DNA of 64,000 bases from Gemmatimonadota bacterium (GTDB taxonomy: Bacteria; Gemmatimonadota; Gemmatimonadetes; Gemmatimonadales; GWC2-71-9): NCBI GenBank assembly GCA_039591615.1, contig JBDHDH010000003.1, positions 46,670 through 110,669 of the forward strand, given 5' to 3'. Positions 63,809-64,000 of the stretch are shown in pieces; the first letter of the stretch is position 1; the number at the start of each line of letters is the position of its first letter. Made by a program: the position numbers and the translations under genes. The notes below the pieces were generated by a model. The model saw only the letters and a list, made by a program, of their open reading frames with translations, was not told the origin of the DNA and did not search any database.

Positions 63809-64000
63809 ATGACATACCTGACTCGTATCGCTGTCTTGCTTTCGGTGGGAGCGGTCCTCGGGACGCCAGCCGCAGCCCAGGCATTCCCTACCGACGATCC
63901 GGTGCTGCGCCATATGTGGGACGAGGGCATGGAACGGTCGCAGGCGTACGGCCTAGCGCAAACGCTGCTCGACTCCATCGGCCCACGACTCACCGGAACA
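63809..64000 (+). CDS. Secreted M28-like peptidase, 5' partial
   Basis: Not in the ORF track because it runs off the window. ATG 63809, preceded by ggag, gives MTYLTRIAVLLSVGAVLGTPAAAQAFPTDDPVLRHMWDEGMERSQAYGLAQTLLDSIGPRLTGT. The signal peptide plus L.D.IGPRLTG is typical of the N-terminus of M28 aminopeptidases. Confidence 0.6.
   Translation, partial: MTYLTRIAVLLSVGAVLGTPAAAQAFPTDDPVLRHMWDEGMERSQAYGLAQTLLDSIGPRLTGT

Noticed and set aside
1-64000. Searched by eye for tRNA T-arm/anticodon signatures (GGTTCGAATCC-like), rRNA, CRISPR repeat-spacer periodicity, and transposase, integrase or phage genes.
   Set aside because: None were recognised. This is a visual scan only. tRNAscan-SE, Infernal, CRISPR finders and ISfinder searches would be needed to exclude them formally.

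Overview
This is a high-GC (roughly 65% by eye), gene-dense bacterial chromosomal window, annotated by eye from the sequence and ORF track without database searches. I support about 70 protein-coding genes. I recognised no rRNA, tRNA, CRISPR array, transposase or integrase. Many neighbouring genes overlap by 1-14 nt (ATGA, GTGA, TGATG), which implies operons. Many ORF-track entries are Arg/Pro-rich antisense or off-frame shadows typical of high-GC DNA, and several true genes start well inside the listed ORFs.

Content, left to right:
- End of a minor-pilin-like gene, then two tandem PilX-like paralogs.
- SCO1 and CtaG copper/oxidase assembly genes.
- PepD and an OPT peptide transporter.
- An orphan PqqD-like protein.
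- A membrane protein coupled to NDH-2, divergent from a cupredoxin lipoprotein.
- An M42 peptidase.
- A six-gene minus-strand operon: ECF transporter S-T-A-A' plus two large HEAT-repeat paralogs.
- A plus-strand array: M28-PDZ peptidase, GAF/fRMsr-like protein, prolyl-iminopeptidase-like hydrolase, an unknown, PolX, Nth, an unknown.
- A GT39 - AsnB-like - HD - PLD envelope-type operon.
- An ECF sigma / anti-sigma / LTXXQ protein / TolC / MacAB-type efflux cluster.
- thrB.
- A minus-strand block: Cys-rich small protein, M19 dipeptidase, NTF2-like lipoprotein, an 84-aa unknown, a secreted RidA, and a decayed DinB gene.
- YggX plus an HcrCAB-like molybdo-flavo-FeS enzyme.
- A roughly 2.6 kb patch of small unknown genes with gene debris.
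- Then assorted genes: SPFH/GntR, DUF1844, M14, a methyltransferase, OsmC, tandem TauE paralogs, an Arg-repeat zinc-ribbon protein, an amidohydrolase, FKBP, a decayed MBL hydrolase, an isochorismatase and a partial M28 peptidase.

Most interesting observations:
1. The ECF ATPase pair has three motif deviations that all map to one composite ATP site.
2. Two HEAT-repeat proteins are translationally coupled to that transporter.
3. A 13-nt perfect complement of the 16S rRNA 3' tail abuts a perfect hairpin in a convergent gap.
4. The flavoprotein subunit carries an HcrB-type four-Cys insertion.
5. A (D/E)RR-repeat zinc-ribbon protein of unknown function.
6. Two multi-lesion pseudogenes.

The gene content suggests a peptide-scavenging soil bacterium of the Gemmatimonadota or Acidobacteriota type. 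That taxonomic guess is inference only.
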